This document shows, piece after piece, positions 42,411-50,783 of a stretch of DNA of 64,000 bases. The notes below the pieces were generated by a model that had not been told where the DNA came from, ran no database searches, and saw nothing but the letters and a program-made list of their open reading frames with translations. The position numbers and the translations under genes were made by a program. This DNA is from an uncultured delta proteobacterium. GTDB taxonomy: Bacteria > Desulfobacterota > Binatia > Binatales > Binataceae. The number at the start of each line of letters is the position of its first letter. The first letter of the stretch is position 1. The DNA lies in assembly GCA_963834535.1 (NCBI GenBank), contig CAWICC010000005.1, forward strand, positions 758,618 to 822,617. The letters run 5' to 3'.

Positions 42411-43565
42411 ATGAAGCGACGTTCTGTGCTGGCTGCCATCTTTTCTTGTTCAGTCATTTTTTGTTCAATCGTTTTTTGTTCAATCACTGCACTGGCGCAA
42501 GGCGGATATTATGCGGTTACGAATAATGATCCGCCGTCGGCGGCGAACTCGGCGAGCATTTTCAAGGTACAAAACCAAGCTCTGAAACTGATTGAGAACC
42601 TGCCCACCGGAGGCAATGGCGGAGGCGGCGGTTATTTTGCGCTGACTCGCGTGGTAGTAGCGGAGAGCAATGGGCAGAAATGTCTTTTTGTAGGAGATGC
42701 CGGCACGAGCGATGTAGCTGCGTTTGGGCTGCCAAGCTTGACTAAAGCGGGCAATTATACGGACCCGCAAGGCAACAGCAATGCGTTCTTTGCCAGCCTG
42801 GGATTGGCGGCGCGGGGCAATCTGTTGTTTGCGGCCTATGGAGTATCCATTAATGTTGGCGTTTTTCAGATTAGCGCGGGTTGCAAACTTACGCTGCTGG
42901 GAACTTACGACACGGCGGAAGCGGTTGCGGGCATGAAGGTGACGCCGGATGGAAAGACGCTGGTGCTGGGCTATGGGGACTCGGTGGACACGTATTCGAT
43001 CAGTTCGCAGGGTGTGTTGAAGGAGAACGGACCGTATCCGGGAATTAACGCGCCCTCTGGCGTGGATATCACCAGCGACAGCAAGTATGCGGTGTTTGGC
43101 GACGCGACGGGCGGGACGACGCAGATTGAAATCTATCCCATCAATGGGGACGGAACGCTGGGAACGGAAACCAATTTTGGCGGGGACGGCAGTTTGGGTC
43201 AAGGACAGGATTCGAGTTTTGTGTACCTCAGCCCGAACCAGAAATTTCTGTATGTGAGCAACAATCTGTCGAAACAGATAACATCGCTCACGTTCCGTGA
43301 GAGTCCGCTGAAGCTTTCTTACGTGGGAATCAGCACGCTGAATGGCGCGCTGGACTTGATCTCGATTGGCGGCCTGGTTACGGCGGTTCCATCAGGAGAT
43401 GGCGCGGGACTTTATGTGGCCGAGTTCAGCGGCTCGCAAGGTCTGGTGGGATTGCTGAAAATTAATGCGAATGGAAGCACGACGGAGGCGGCGGGATCTC
43501 CTTTTACGAACGGCGTGTCATCATCGTTGCTTTCGGTGGCCGCGTATCCGCCGAGGAGCTTCTAG
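42411..43565 (+). CDS. secreted beta-propeller protein (lactonase/YncE-like repeats)
   Basis: Intact 384-aa ORF with GGAG upstream and a signal peptide ending ..ITALAQG. It has repeated blade-like segments (..KCLFVGDAGTSDVAAF.., ..KTLVLGYGDSVDTYSI.., ..KYAVFGDATGGTTQIEIYPI.., ..KFLYVSNNLSKQITSL.., ..AGLYVAEFSG..). The family call is approximate. Confidence 0.65.
   Translation: MKRRSVLAAIFSCSVIFCSIVFCSITALAQGGYYAVTNNDPPSAANSASIFKVQNQALKLIENLPTGGNGGGGGYFALTRVVVAESNGQKCLFVGDAGTSDVAAFGLPSLTKAGNYTDPQGNSNAFFASLGLAARGNLLFAAYGVSINVGVFQISAGCKLTLLGTYDTAEAVAGMKVTPDGKTLVLGYGDSVDTYSISSQGVLKENGPYPGINAPSGVDITSDSKYAVFGDATGGTTQIEIYPINGDGTLGTETNFGGDGSLGQGQDSSFVYLSPNQKFLYVSNNLSKQITSLTFRESPLKLSYVGISTLNGALDLISIGGLVTAVPSGDGAGLYVAEFSGSQGLVGLLKINANGSTTEAAGSPFTNGVSSSLLSVAAYPPRSF
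42441..42485 (+). repeat. three tandem 15-nt units inside the signal-peptide coding region
   Basis: The units are ttttcttgttcagtc / attttttgttcaatc / gttttttgttcaatc. They encode IFSCS-VIFCS-IVFCS. The last two units differ at only 1 of 15 positions. Confidence 0.85.
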
Positions 43566-43616
43566 CAGGACAGGAGAGCTTTGACCCGACGAGTTTGGCG
43601 AAAATAAAATGCATAG

Positions 43617-43707
43617 GTCCTTCGCTGCGCTCAGGATGACAAGGTAATTTTGTCGAGCTGCGCTCGACTGGGCAGGTGAGGACATCCTTCGACTTCGCTC
43701 AGGGCGG
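43617..43707 (+). repeat. short interspersed repeat motifs (TCCTTCG..CGCTCAGG core) flanking a perfect 7-bp hairpin
   Basis: gtccttcgctgcgctcaggatgacaagg (43617-43644) and catccttcgacttcgctcagggcgg (43683-43707) share the core. The hairpin GTCGAGC-tgc-GCTCGAC (43652-43668) lies between them. A third related copy, gcgctcgagatgacaaag, is at 42250-42267. Confidence 0.6.
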
Positions 43708-43869
43708 GCTATGGGGCACCCGGCGGGTTGTAAAAGAACTCGGACGGGAGCGTGGCAGCCCCCGTCCGAAATTCTTCGAGAATACCTAATACAGACTAAG
43801 AACCGCAGCGTAACGGCCAGAAAGCGTGGAATCGCCCGCCTGACAGCCCACTGTGGAGCTGTTGTTTAG

Positions 43870-43980
43870 GTTGTAGGCAAATTCCCGGTCGCAGAAGTAG
43901 ACCTCAATCGCGTGTATTATCCGTGGTTCGAGCGATTGCTGGAAGAGTTGGGCATCGAGCTGTGGTTAGAGACAGAATGA
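43870..43980 (+). mobile_element. possible remnant of an IS110-family transposase (short internal N-terminal-domain piece)
   Basis: The open frame reads VVGKFPVAEVDLNRVYYPWFERLLEELGIELWLETE*. The WFERLLxELGxELW segment resembles the conserved N-terminal-domain motif of IS110-type transposases. Only ~36 codons are present, with no start and no catalytic remainder. Confidence 0.4.
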
Positions 43981-43992
43981 TAAGTTGGTAAG

Positions 43993-44988
43993 CTACATTC
44001 TGGTAGCGGGTTCCGGAAGTGACGACCCGGGTACGTAAGCTTTCAAGAATTCGATGGTCCACTGCGGGCGTACGGAAAATTCTAGTAGCGACGCCGGAAT
44101 GACGACGGCATCGCCTTTGGTGAGAGTGACGGGTTCGCTGCCGGGAGATTCGATGAAGGCGCAGCCTTCGACGGCGACAAGAATTTGCGCCGACGACTTG
44201 CCGGAGTCGTCGCTCGTCTTAAAACGCTGTGGGTCCTTCATCTCGTACATATCTACAACGAAATATGGCGCGGCGATGAGTGGAGAACGGCGGTTGCGGC
44301 CTTCTTCTTTTGGCGCAGGCCGAAGGACCTTGCCAGCGCGCGTTTTTTCTTTGATGGCGGCGATGCCGCGCGCGAGATGGAGCTCGCGCGGTCGGCCGTA
44401 GTCGTAAAGACGGTAGGTCGTATCCGACTGCTGTTGCGTCTCCACGATAATCGAGCCCGGGCCGAGCGTGTGCACAGTGCCGCCGGTGACGTAAATCATT
44501 TCACCTTGAAAGACGTTGATCCAGTTGAGCAATTCTTCAGCCCGATTTTCTTTGATGGACTGAGCAAATTGCTCTCGGGTCACGCCCGACTTGAGTCCAA
44601 GGCCAATCTGAGCGCCGGGCTTGGCACTGGCGACATACCAACATTCGGTCTTGCCGTTGGGCTCACCAACGGCCCGAGCGCCCGCATCGTCGGGATGAAC
44701 CTGCACCGATAACTTCTCAGCGGGAAACAGAAATTTTAGAAGCAAAGGAAAGCGATGTTGGTCGGCAGGGGCACTGCCGACAAGCTCTGGGCCAAATTCT
44801 TTGCTGAGGTCCGCTAGAGTCTTCGCCTTGAAAGCGCCGTTCGCGACTTTACCATTGTCGCCGGTGAGCCATGACTCGCCGATTTTCTGATCAAAATGAT
44901 GATTGGGATAAATCGGCGCAAGATCGGTTGTTCCCCAAGGGCGGGGATCGAACATCGGCGCCATGAGAAGCGGATAAAGTTGCGGCAT
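43993..44988 (-). CDS. manA: class I mannose-6-phosphate isomerase
   Basis: Intact 331-aa ORF with cupin metal-site motifs (LSVQVHPDD, GKTECWYV, ..VHTLGPG..). Confidence 0.75.
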   Translation of the reverse strand: MPQLYPLLMAPMFDPRPWGTTDLAPIYPNHHFDQKIGESWLTGDNGKVANGAFKAKTLADLSKEFGPELVGSAPADQHRFPLLLKFLFPAEKLSVQVHPDDAGARAVGEPNGKTECWYVASAKPGAQIGLGLKSGVTREQFAQSIKENRAEELLNWINVFQGEMIYVTGGTVHTLGPGSIIVETQQQSDTTYRLYDYGRPRELHLARGIAAIKEKTRAGKVLRPAPKEEGRNRRSPLIAAPYFVVDMYEMKDPQRFKTSDDSGKSSAQILVAVEGCAFIESPGSEPVTLTKGDAVVIPASLLEFSVRPQWTIEFLKAYVPGSSLPEPATRM

Positions 44989-45021
44989 GAATAATCTTAC
45001 GTCGGGAGATTGACGTCCAAA

Positions 45022-46224
45022 CTACAAGGAAGTCAGGAATTTCTTCATCCGCTCCAGACCACGATCGAGTTCTTTAACCGACGTGGCGTATGAAACCCGG
45101 ATATGCTCGCGCGTGCCAAACCCCTCGCCGGGAACAGTCGCCACATGGGCTTCACGCAGCAACTTTCCAGCGAGATCGGAGGCGGTTTTCACGCCGCCGC
45201 GGCCGAGAAACGCCGAGATGTTCGGATAGGCATAGAAAGCACCTTCAGGGAGCGTACATTTCACGCCGGGAATTGCGCGCAAACCATTCACCACATGGTC
45301 GCGGAGTTGAATATATTCCTTGCGCATATCAGCCACACATTGCTGGGGGCCGCTCAGGGCCGCGACGGCGGCCTTTTGTACGATAGAAGTTGGGTTCGAG
45401 GTGGATTGGCTTTGCAGTTTCTGCATGGCGCTCGTAACAGCGGCTGGGGCGAGGGCGTAGCCGAGGCGCCAGCCTGTCATGGCATAGGTTTTGGATAGTG
45501 AACCGAGAATAACCATATGCTCGCGGTATTCATTGAGAGAACCGACGGAAAATTGCTGGCCGGTGTAATTGAGATAAACGTAACATTCGTCGGAGAGCAC
45601 CCAAATGCCCCGCTGGGCAGCCAGTTTCACGACCGCGTTCAAATCGGCGGCCGACATCACTGCGCCGGAGGGATTCGAAGGCGAATTGAGAATAATGACT
45701 TTGGTCCGCGGCGAGATTAGCCGCTCAATCATGGAAGCGGTGATACGGAAGTCTTGCGATTCGTCTGTCTCAAGCAGCACGCAAGTACCGCCCGCGTAGC
45801 GCACGATGTCTTTAAACGAGACCCAGTAGGGAACAGGCAGGATGACTTCGTCGCCGTGATCTACCAGCACTTGAATCGCATTGAACAAGGCATGCTTCCC
45901 GCCGACGGATGCGATCACTTCCTCGCGGCGATAGGTTGAGGCAAAATCTTCGGCGTGGCGTTTGGCGATGGCGTCGCGCAACTCCATCGTCCCGCCGACG
46001 GCCGTGTACTTGGTGAAGTTCGCGTTAATCGCCGCGATGGCTGCGTCTTTGATGTGCTGCGGCGTGGAGAAATGCGGCTCACCGGCGCCGAAATCCACGA
46101 CGTCAATGCCCTGCTGGCGCAGCTTGTCGGCCTCGGCAACAACGGCCATGGTGGCGCTGGGCTCAATGCGGTTGATGCGGTCGGTAAGTTTGACGGCGGG
46201 AACAGCTTCGGTCACTGGAGTCAT
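45022..46224 (-). CDS. PLP-dependent aminotransferase, class I (aspartate-aminotransferase-like)
   Basis: Intact 400-aa ORF. It has the PLP-lysine motif SLSKTYAMTGWRLGY and the ..NSPSNPSGAV.. motif. Confidence 0.85.
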   Translation of the reverse strand: MTPVTEAVPAVKLTDRINRIEPSATMAVVAEADKLRQQGIDVVDFGAGEPHFSTPQHIKDAAIAAINANFTKYTAVGGTMELRDAIAKRHAEDFASTYRREEVIASVGGKHALFNAIQVLVDHGDEVILPVPYWVSFKDIVRYAGGTCVLLETDESQDFRITASMIERLISPRTKVIILNSPSNPSGAVMSAADLNAVVKLAAQRGIWVLSDECYVYLNYTGQQFSVGSLNEYREHMVILGSLSKTYAMTGWRLGYALAPAAVTSAMQKLQSQSTSNPTSIVQKAAVAALSGPQQCVADMRKEYIQLRDHVVNGLRAIPGVKCTLPEGAFYAYPNISAFLGRGGVKTASDLAGKLLREAHVATVPGEGFGTREHIRVSYATSVKELDRGLERMKKFLTSL

Positions 46225-46775
46225 TTTCGTTTTCCTGTTCTTTTTTCGGTTTCACCCGGGCGCCGGGTTCTCGCGTTTCTGAGTTTTACCGCAGGGTCGA
46301 GTTTTTCTTTGAGGCGCTGCTCCACCATCGTTGGAACCAACCCCTGAATTGATCCACCGAGCTGGGCGACCTCGCGTACCAGACGGGAACTAAGATAAGA
46401 ATACCGCTCCGCGGGCATCATAAAAACAGTTTCCAGTTCAGGATGCATCTTTCGGTTCATGAGCGCCATTTGAAGTTCGTACTCGTAATCGCTGATGGCA
46501 CGAATGCCACGCAAGATTGCTGTAGCTTTTACGCTGAGCGCGTAGTCCACGGTCAAGCCATCGAAAGTTTCGACACGAACATTGGAAAAACCTGCCGTCA
46601 TGGATTCGAGCATCAAGCGGCGCTCCGCGACACTGAACAAAGGATGTTTTTCGGGATTGCGGAGAATGGCGACAACGAGCTCGTCGAAAATATTGGCGCC
46701 GCGTTCAATGAGATCGAGGTGGCCGTTGGTCGGAGGATCAAACGAACCGGGATAAATGGCGATAATCTTTTTCAA
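46221..46775 (-). CDS. coaD: pantetheine-phosphate adenylyltransferase
   Basis: Intact 184-aa ORF beginning MKKIIAIYPGSFDPPTNGHLDLIERG (the nucleotidyltransferase T/HxGH motif). It has a basic ~25-aa C-terminal extension. Its stop overlaps the aminotransferase start by 4 nt. Confidence 0.9.
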   Translation of the reverse strand: MKKIIAIYPGSFDPPTNGHLDLIERGANIFDELVVAILRNPEKHPLFSVAERRLMLESMTAGFSNVRVETFDGLTVDYALSVKATAILRGIRAISDYEYELQMALMNRKMHPELETVFMMPAERYSYLSSRLVREVAQLGGSIQGLVPTMVEQRLKEKLDPAVKLRNARTRRPGETEKRTGKRK

Positions 46776-46850
46776 TGGGCCTCGAGACGAGAACCCTGAT
46801 TTTATGCGGTCGGCAAGCGGATGGCAACAGCGCGATCGTGCTCCAGGCGA

Positions 46851-47444
46851 CTATTTGGCTGCTTCCTTCTGATATGAACTTGAAAGGGTCCCTTTCGATT
46901 TCGCGATGGGCAACAGCGTGGGATAGAACTGGACGAAAGTTGTATCCACTGCACCGTTGGCGGAGTGACAGCTGTAGCATTGCGCTTTTATGGGGACCAT
47001 ATCGGCAGTTTTATTGTCGTCGAAGCCGAAAAACGCCCATTTGCCAGGAAATCGAGCTTCGTCTTTCACGTGGATTTCGAGGCCCATGCGGTCCGTTCCT
47101 TGATAATTGCCCTTCTGATTGATCGAGCCTTTGCCTTCCGCGCCGCGCACTTCAAGTACGAGCATCGTCTTATCGGGCCAGGTGCCATTGGCGACGAAAT
47201 ACTTGTACGACTCCGGATTGACAAAGACGTTGTCAAACATGTGATGGTCCATGCCTTGCATGGCTGGGTTATAGCTCATGTCGAAGCCGGTGCTGAGATA
47301 CACCCATTCGCGATAGTTCTCGGGGAGTTTCAGTTGTCCATCGGCTGTGTACTCCGGGCCGGAAGGTGCTAGAGGAGTCGAAAAGGGCACGAAGGGAAAT
47401 AGCGCAATCAGAAAGAGCAGAATGATTTTTGTGTGCGTCAGCAT
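46851..47444 (-). CDS. cytochrome P460 family protein
   Basis: Intact 197-aa ORF with a signal peptide. It has a single heme c motif near the C-terminus (AQCYSCHSANG) and an N-terminal ..LPENYREWVYLSTG.. pattern typical of the family. Confidence 0.75.
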   Translation of the reverse strand: MLTHTKIILLFLIALFPFVPFSTPLAPSGPEYTADGQLKLPENYREWVYLSTGFDMSYNPAMQGMDHHMFDNVFVNPESYKYFVANGTWPDKTMLVLEVRGAEGKGSINQKGNYQGTDRMGLEIHVKDEARFPGKWAFFGFDDNKTADMVPIKAQCYSCHSANGAVDTTFVQFYPTLLPIAKSKGTLSSSYQKEAAK

Positions 47445-47554
47445 GCCAGCAGTATCCGACGACGTAGAAATAAACGCGAGGCCATTGCCTGCATGGAACC
47501 GGCAATTCGCTGCTCTTTTAGTTTTTTAAGCCGCTCGTAGACTAGGATTTCGTC

Positions 47555-48670
47555 ATGGAAGTGACCACCAGGAAGACTTATTTGCGGCGATGGCTTTGGA
47601 TCGCTGGAATCTGGTTTGCAGTCGGCCTGTTTGATGCGACGCAGACGATTTTTACCATGCGCGCCATGGGCATGCACCACGCATGGACACGCCTATTTTT
47701 CGCATTGCTGCTGGGCTGGGTGCCGCTCGTTTTGTTCACTCCAGTCGTGCTGCGTTTGGGGTACGCATACCCGCCGGCACAATGGAAACGCATTTCCTTC
47801 TGGCCGATTCATTTGTCTGCCTGTGTGGCGATTTGCTGGGTGGCAACTGCTTGGAGCGCTGGATTCGAGCGATGGCTCAACCCGTGGACGCCAGATTCCA
47901 GCCCTGGGCCGTTTTACCATTTATGGTCGATGAAATTCGAGAACAGCTTGCTCGCGTATCTGATTCTTTATGCTTCGATTCTCGCCGTCAGTTACAGCCT
48001 TGACTCGCGGGAACGTCTGGCGCGCAAAGAGACGGAGGCTGCGCAACTCAACGAGCAGCTCTCAAAAGCGCGCCTGCACTCGTTGCGGCAGCAGATTGAG
48101 CCACATTTTTTATTCAATACGCTCAACGCGATTGCGGGGCTGGTTCGGGAGGAGCGGAATGATGCCGCCGTAAGCATGATTGCCGGTCTGAGCAATTTCT
48201 TGCGTCGGGTCATGCAGGATTCCGACAAGCATGAAGTCACGCTGGGCGAAGAGATGGAATTTCTGAACGAGTATCTTGACATCCAGAAGGTGCGGTTTGC
48301 CGAGAGGCTTCAGGTGACGATGGATGTCCCCGAAGATTTGTATCCCGCGAGGGTGCCGAGTTTGCTGCTGCAGCCCATCGTAGAAAATGCCGTGAAGCAC
48401 GGTATTGGGAAGCGAGCGCAGGGTGGGGAGATCCGCATTTCTGCGCATCGGGTGAATGGCGCGCTACACATCGACGTTTTTAACGATGGCCCGGCGCTAC
48501 AGGCGGATTGGGAGAAAAATTCGCGGGGAATTGGAATTCCAAATTTGCGCACGCGATTGCAAGGCCTGTACGGCGATGCCTTTCAGTTTAAAATGCGAAA
48601 TCAGCCTGATGGAGTCGAGGCGTTGATCGCCGTGCCATACGTTGCGGGAAAAAGCAAAGGCCAGTCGTGA
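47555..48670 (+). CDS. sensor histidine kinase, LytS/YehU type
   Basis: Intact 371-aa ORF with a multi-TM N-terminus. It has the His_kinase motif LRQQIEPHFLFNTLNAIAGLV and an HATPase_c part (..LLLQPIVENAVKHGI.., ..GIGIPNLRTRL..). Confidence 0.85.
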   Translation: MEVTTRKTYLRRWLWIAGIWFAVGLFDATQTIFTMRAMGMHHAWTRLFFALLLGWVPLVLFTPVVLRLGYAYPPAQWKRISFWPIHLSACVAICWVATAWSAGFERWLNPWTPDSSPGPFYHLWSMKFENSLLAYLILYASILAVSYSLDSRERLARKETEAAQLNEQLSKARLHSLRQQIEPHFLFNTLNAIAGLVREERNDAAVSMIAGLSNFLRRVMQDSDKHEVTLGEEMEFLNEYLDIQKVRFAERLQVTMDVPEDLYPARVPSLLLQPIVENAVKHGIGKRAQGGEIRISAHRVNGALHIDVFNDGPALQADWEKNSRGIGIPNLRTRLQGLYGDAFQFKMRNQPDGVEALIAVPYVAGKSKGQS

Positions 48671-49410
48671 CTGAGGCACGAACAATCCGAGCGGTAATTG
48701 TGGATGACGAACCGCTGGCTCGCAGCAATGTCGTGGTGATGCTACGACGCGATCCAGAGATCGAAATCGTCAAAGAATGTGGCTCGGGTAAGGAGGCCGC
48801 GGAAGAAATCCGCAAGTCGAAACCAGATTTACTTTTTCTTGACGTGCAGATGCCAGAGTTCGACGGATTCGACACACTGGAAGCGTTGGGCAAAAACTTA
48901 CCTGCCGCCGTGGTCTTTGTTACGGCCTATGACGAGTACGCTGTGCGCGCGTTTGAGGCGGGGGCTCTAGATTATTTATTGAAACCGTTCGACAATGCGC
49001 GCTTCGAAAGGACATTAGCACGCGCTAAAGTGCGGATTGCGCAAAGCCGGATTGCGCCGCGCGCGCCAAATCGCATCGCCATTAAAGACAAGGGACAAAT
49101 TATTTTTTTGGACGTCGCCGAGATTGACTGGATAGAGGCGGCGGACTATTACTCCTGCCTGCATGTTGGTCCGAAGTCGTATCTGCTGCGCCGCAGCATG
49201 ACAGAATTAGAGAAGGAATCCGACCCGAATCTTTTTTGCCGCATTCACAGGTCGGCGATCGTGAATCTTGAGCGCATTCAAGCGCTGGCGCTCAACGCGG
49301 ATGGAGAAAGCGAAGTCGTATTAAAAAATGGCGCCAAGCTACCTTTGAGCCGGCGCCATCGGAAAGACGTGCAAGCGCGGTTGATTGAACCGCAAACTTC
49401 CCGTTCGTAA
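48667..49410 (+). CDS. LytTR-family response regulator
   Basis: Intact 247-aa ORF whose start overlaps the kinase stop by 4 nt. The REC domain is VIVDDEPLAR...DLLFLDVQMPEFDG. The C-terminal LytTR domain is ..IDWIEAADYYSCLHVGPKSYLLRRSMTELE...FCRIHRSAIVNL.. Confidence 0.9.
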   Translation: MTEARTIRAVIVDDEPLARSNVVVMLRRDPEIEIVKECGSGKEAAEEIRKSKPDLLFLDVQMPEFDGFDTLEALGKNLPAAVVFVTAYDEYAVRAFEAGALDYLLKPFDNARFERTLARAKVRIAQSRIAPRAPNRIAIKDKGQIIFLDVAEIDWIEAADYYSCLHVGPKSYLLRRSMTELEKESDPNLFCRIHRSAIVNLERIQALALNADGESEVVLKNGAKLPLSRRHRKDVQARLIEPQTSRS

Positions 49411-49422
49411 CTTCAACTCTTG

Positions 49423-50523
49423 CTATCGCTTAACTGCGCTCTTAGCGTCGGTGCCCGTAGGCATGGTGGCGACACGAGGAGCGGCATGTGGAGTGGGCAT
49501 GGGCACGGGTTGCGCAACCGGGGCAGGGCCTTGCGTCAATCCCAATTGCTTGCGCACGCGCGCATCGAGCTTTGCGAGAATGTCTTTATTGTCTTTGAGG
49601 AACTGGCGGGCGTTCTCGCGGCCCTGACCGATGCGTTCGCCTTCATAGCTATACCAGGATCCAGATTTCTCGACGATGTTGTTACCTGTGGCGATATCGA
49701 GCAGATCGCCTTCCCGGGAAATGCCCTCACCGTAAAGAATGTCGAACTCGGCCTCGCGGAATGGAGCGGCGACTTTATTTTTAACCACTTTAACTTTGGT
49801 TCGCGAGCCGATGACCACATCGCCTTCCTTAATGGCGGCAATGCGGCGAATATCCACACGAACTGAAGAATAGAACTTCAGGGCGCGTCCGCCGGTCGTC
49901 GTTTCCGGATTGCCGAACATGACCCCGATTTTTTCGCGAATCTGGTTGATGAATATGAGACAAGTGCGGGATTTGGAAACCGTGCCCGTTAATTTTCGCA
50001 GCGCCTGGGACATGAGACGGGCTTGCAATCCCATGTGGCTGTCGCCCATCTCACCGTCGAGTTCGGCTTTGGGGACGAGGGCAGCTACTGAATCTACCAC
50101 CAGCACGTCGATGGCGCCCGAGCGAACCAGCGCTTCGGTGATTTCAAGTGCCTGCTCGCCGTAATCGGGCTGGGAGACGAGAAGATTGTCCACATCCACG
50201 CCAAGTTTTTTGGCATAGCCGGGGTCAAGCGCATGTTCGGCGTCAACAAAAGCCGCCATGCCGCCCATTTTTTGCGCTTCGGCAATAACTTGCAGAGTTA
50301 TGGTGGTTTTGCCAGAAGATTCCGGGCCGAAGACTTCAACTACGCGGCCGCGGGGAAATCCACCCACGCCCAGCGCAGCGTCGAAGGAAATAGCGCCCGT
50401 CGGAATCACGGCGATTGGCACAATAGCCTCTTTCGAGCCCAGCCGCATGATGGATCCCTTGCCGAACTGCTTTTCAATCTGGGCAAATGCCAAATCAATC
50501 GCTTTGCTGCGCTCGTCAGCCAT
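49423..50523 (-). CDS. recA: recombinase RecA
   Basis: Intact 366-aa ORF containing [14 protein letters not shown], the Walker A motif GPESSGKTT, ..[11 protein letters not shown].., and L2-loop-like ..[22 protein letters not shown].. Confidence 0.97.
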   Translation of the reverse strand: MADERSKAIDLAFAQIEKQFGKGSIMRLGSKEAIVPIAVIPTGAISFDAALGVGGFPRGRVVEVFGPESSGKTTITLQVIAEAQKMGGMAAFVDAEHALDPGYAKKLGVDVDNLLVSQPDYGEQALEITEALVRSGAIDVLVVDSVAALVPKAELDGEMGDSHMGLQARLMSQALRKLTGTVSKSRTCLIFINQIREKIGVMFGNPETTTGGRALKFYSSVRVDIRRIAAIKEGDVVIGSRTKVKVVKNKVAAPFREAEFDILYGEGISREGDLLDIATGNNIVEKSGSWYSYEGERIGQGRENARQFLKDNKDILAKLDARVRKQLGLTQGPAPVAQPVPMPTPHAAPRVATMPTGTDAKSAVKR

Positions 50524-50783
50524 AAACTTCGTCTCCTGAGAAGTGAAAAATATCTTATTGAGAGCGAATTATACATCCCGACGCGAGCGAAGAAAAGGCG
50601 AATCACCCAAGAACGACAAAATATTTGTGGGAAAAGTGCCGAAATGGGAAACGCATGCCGCTATGAATCCTGGTATGCGCCTAGGGGTTTTGTTCGACGA
50701 GCACGCAAAGATAGGCAACGGCAGGGGCGTTTTCATACTCCAAGTCACACGCAGTCATTAAGCCTTCAAACGAGCGCCAGATC

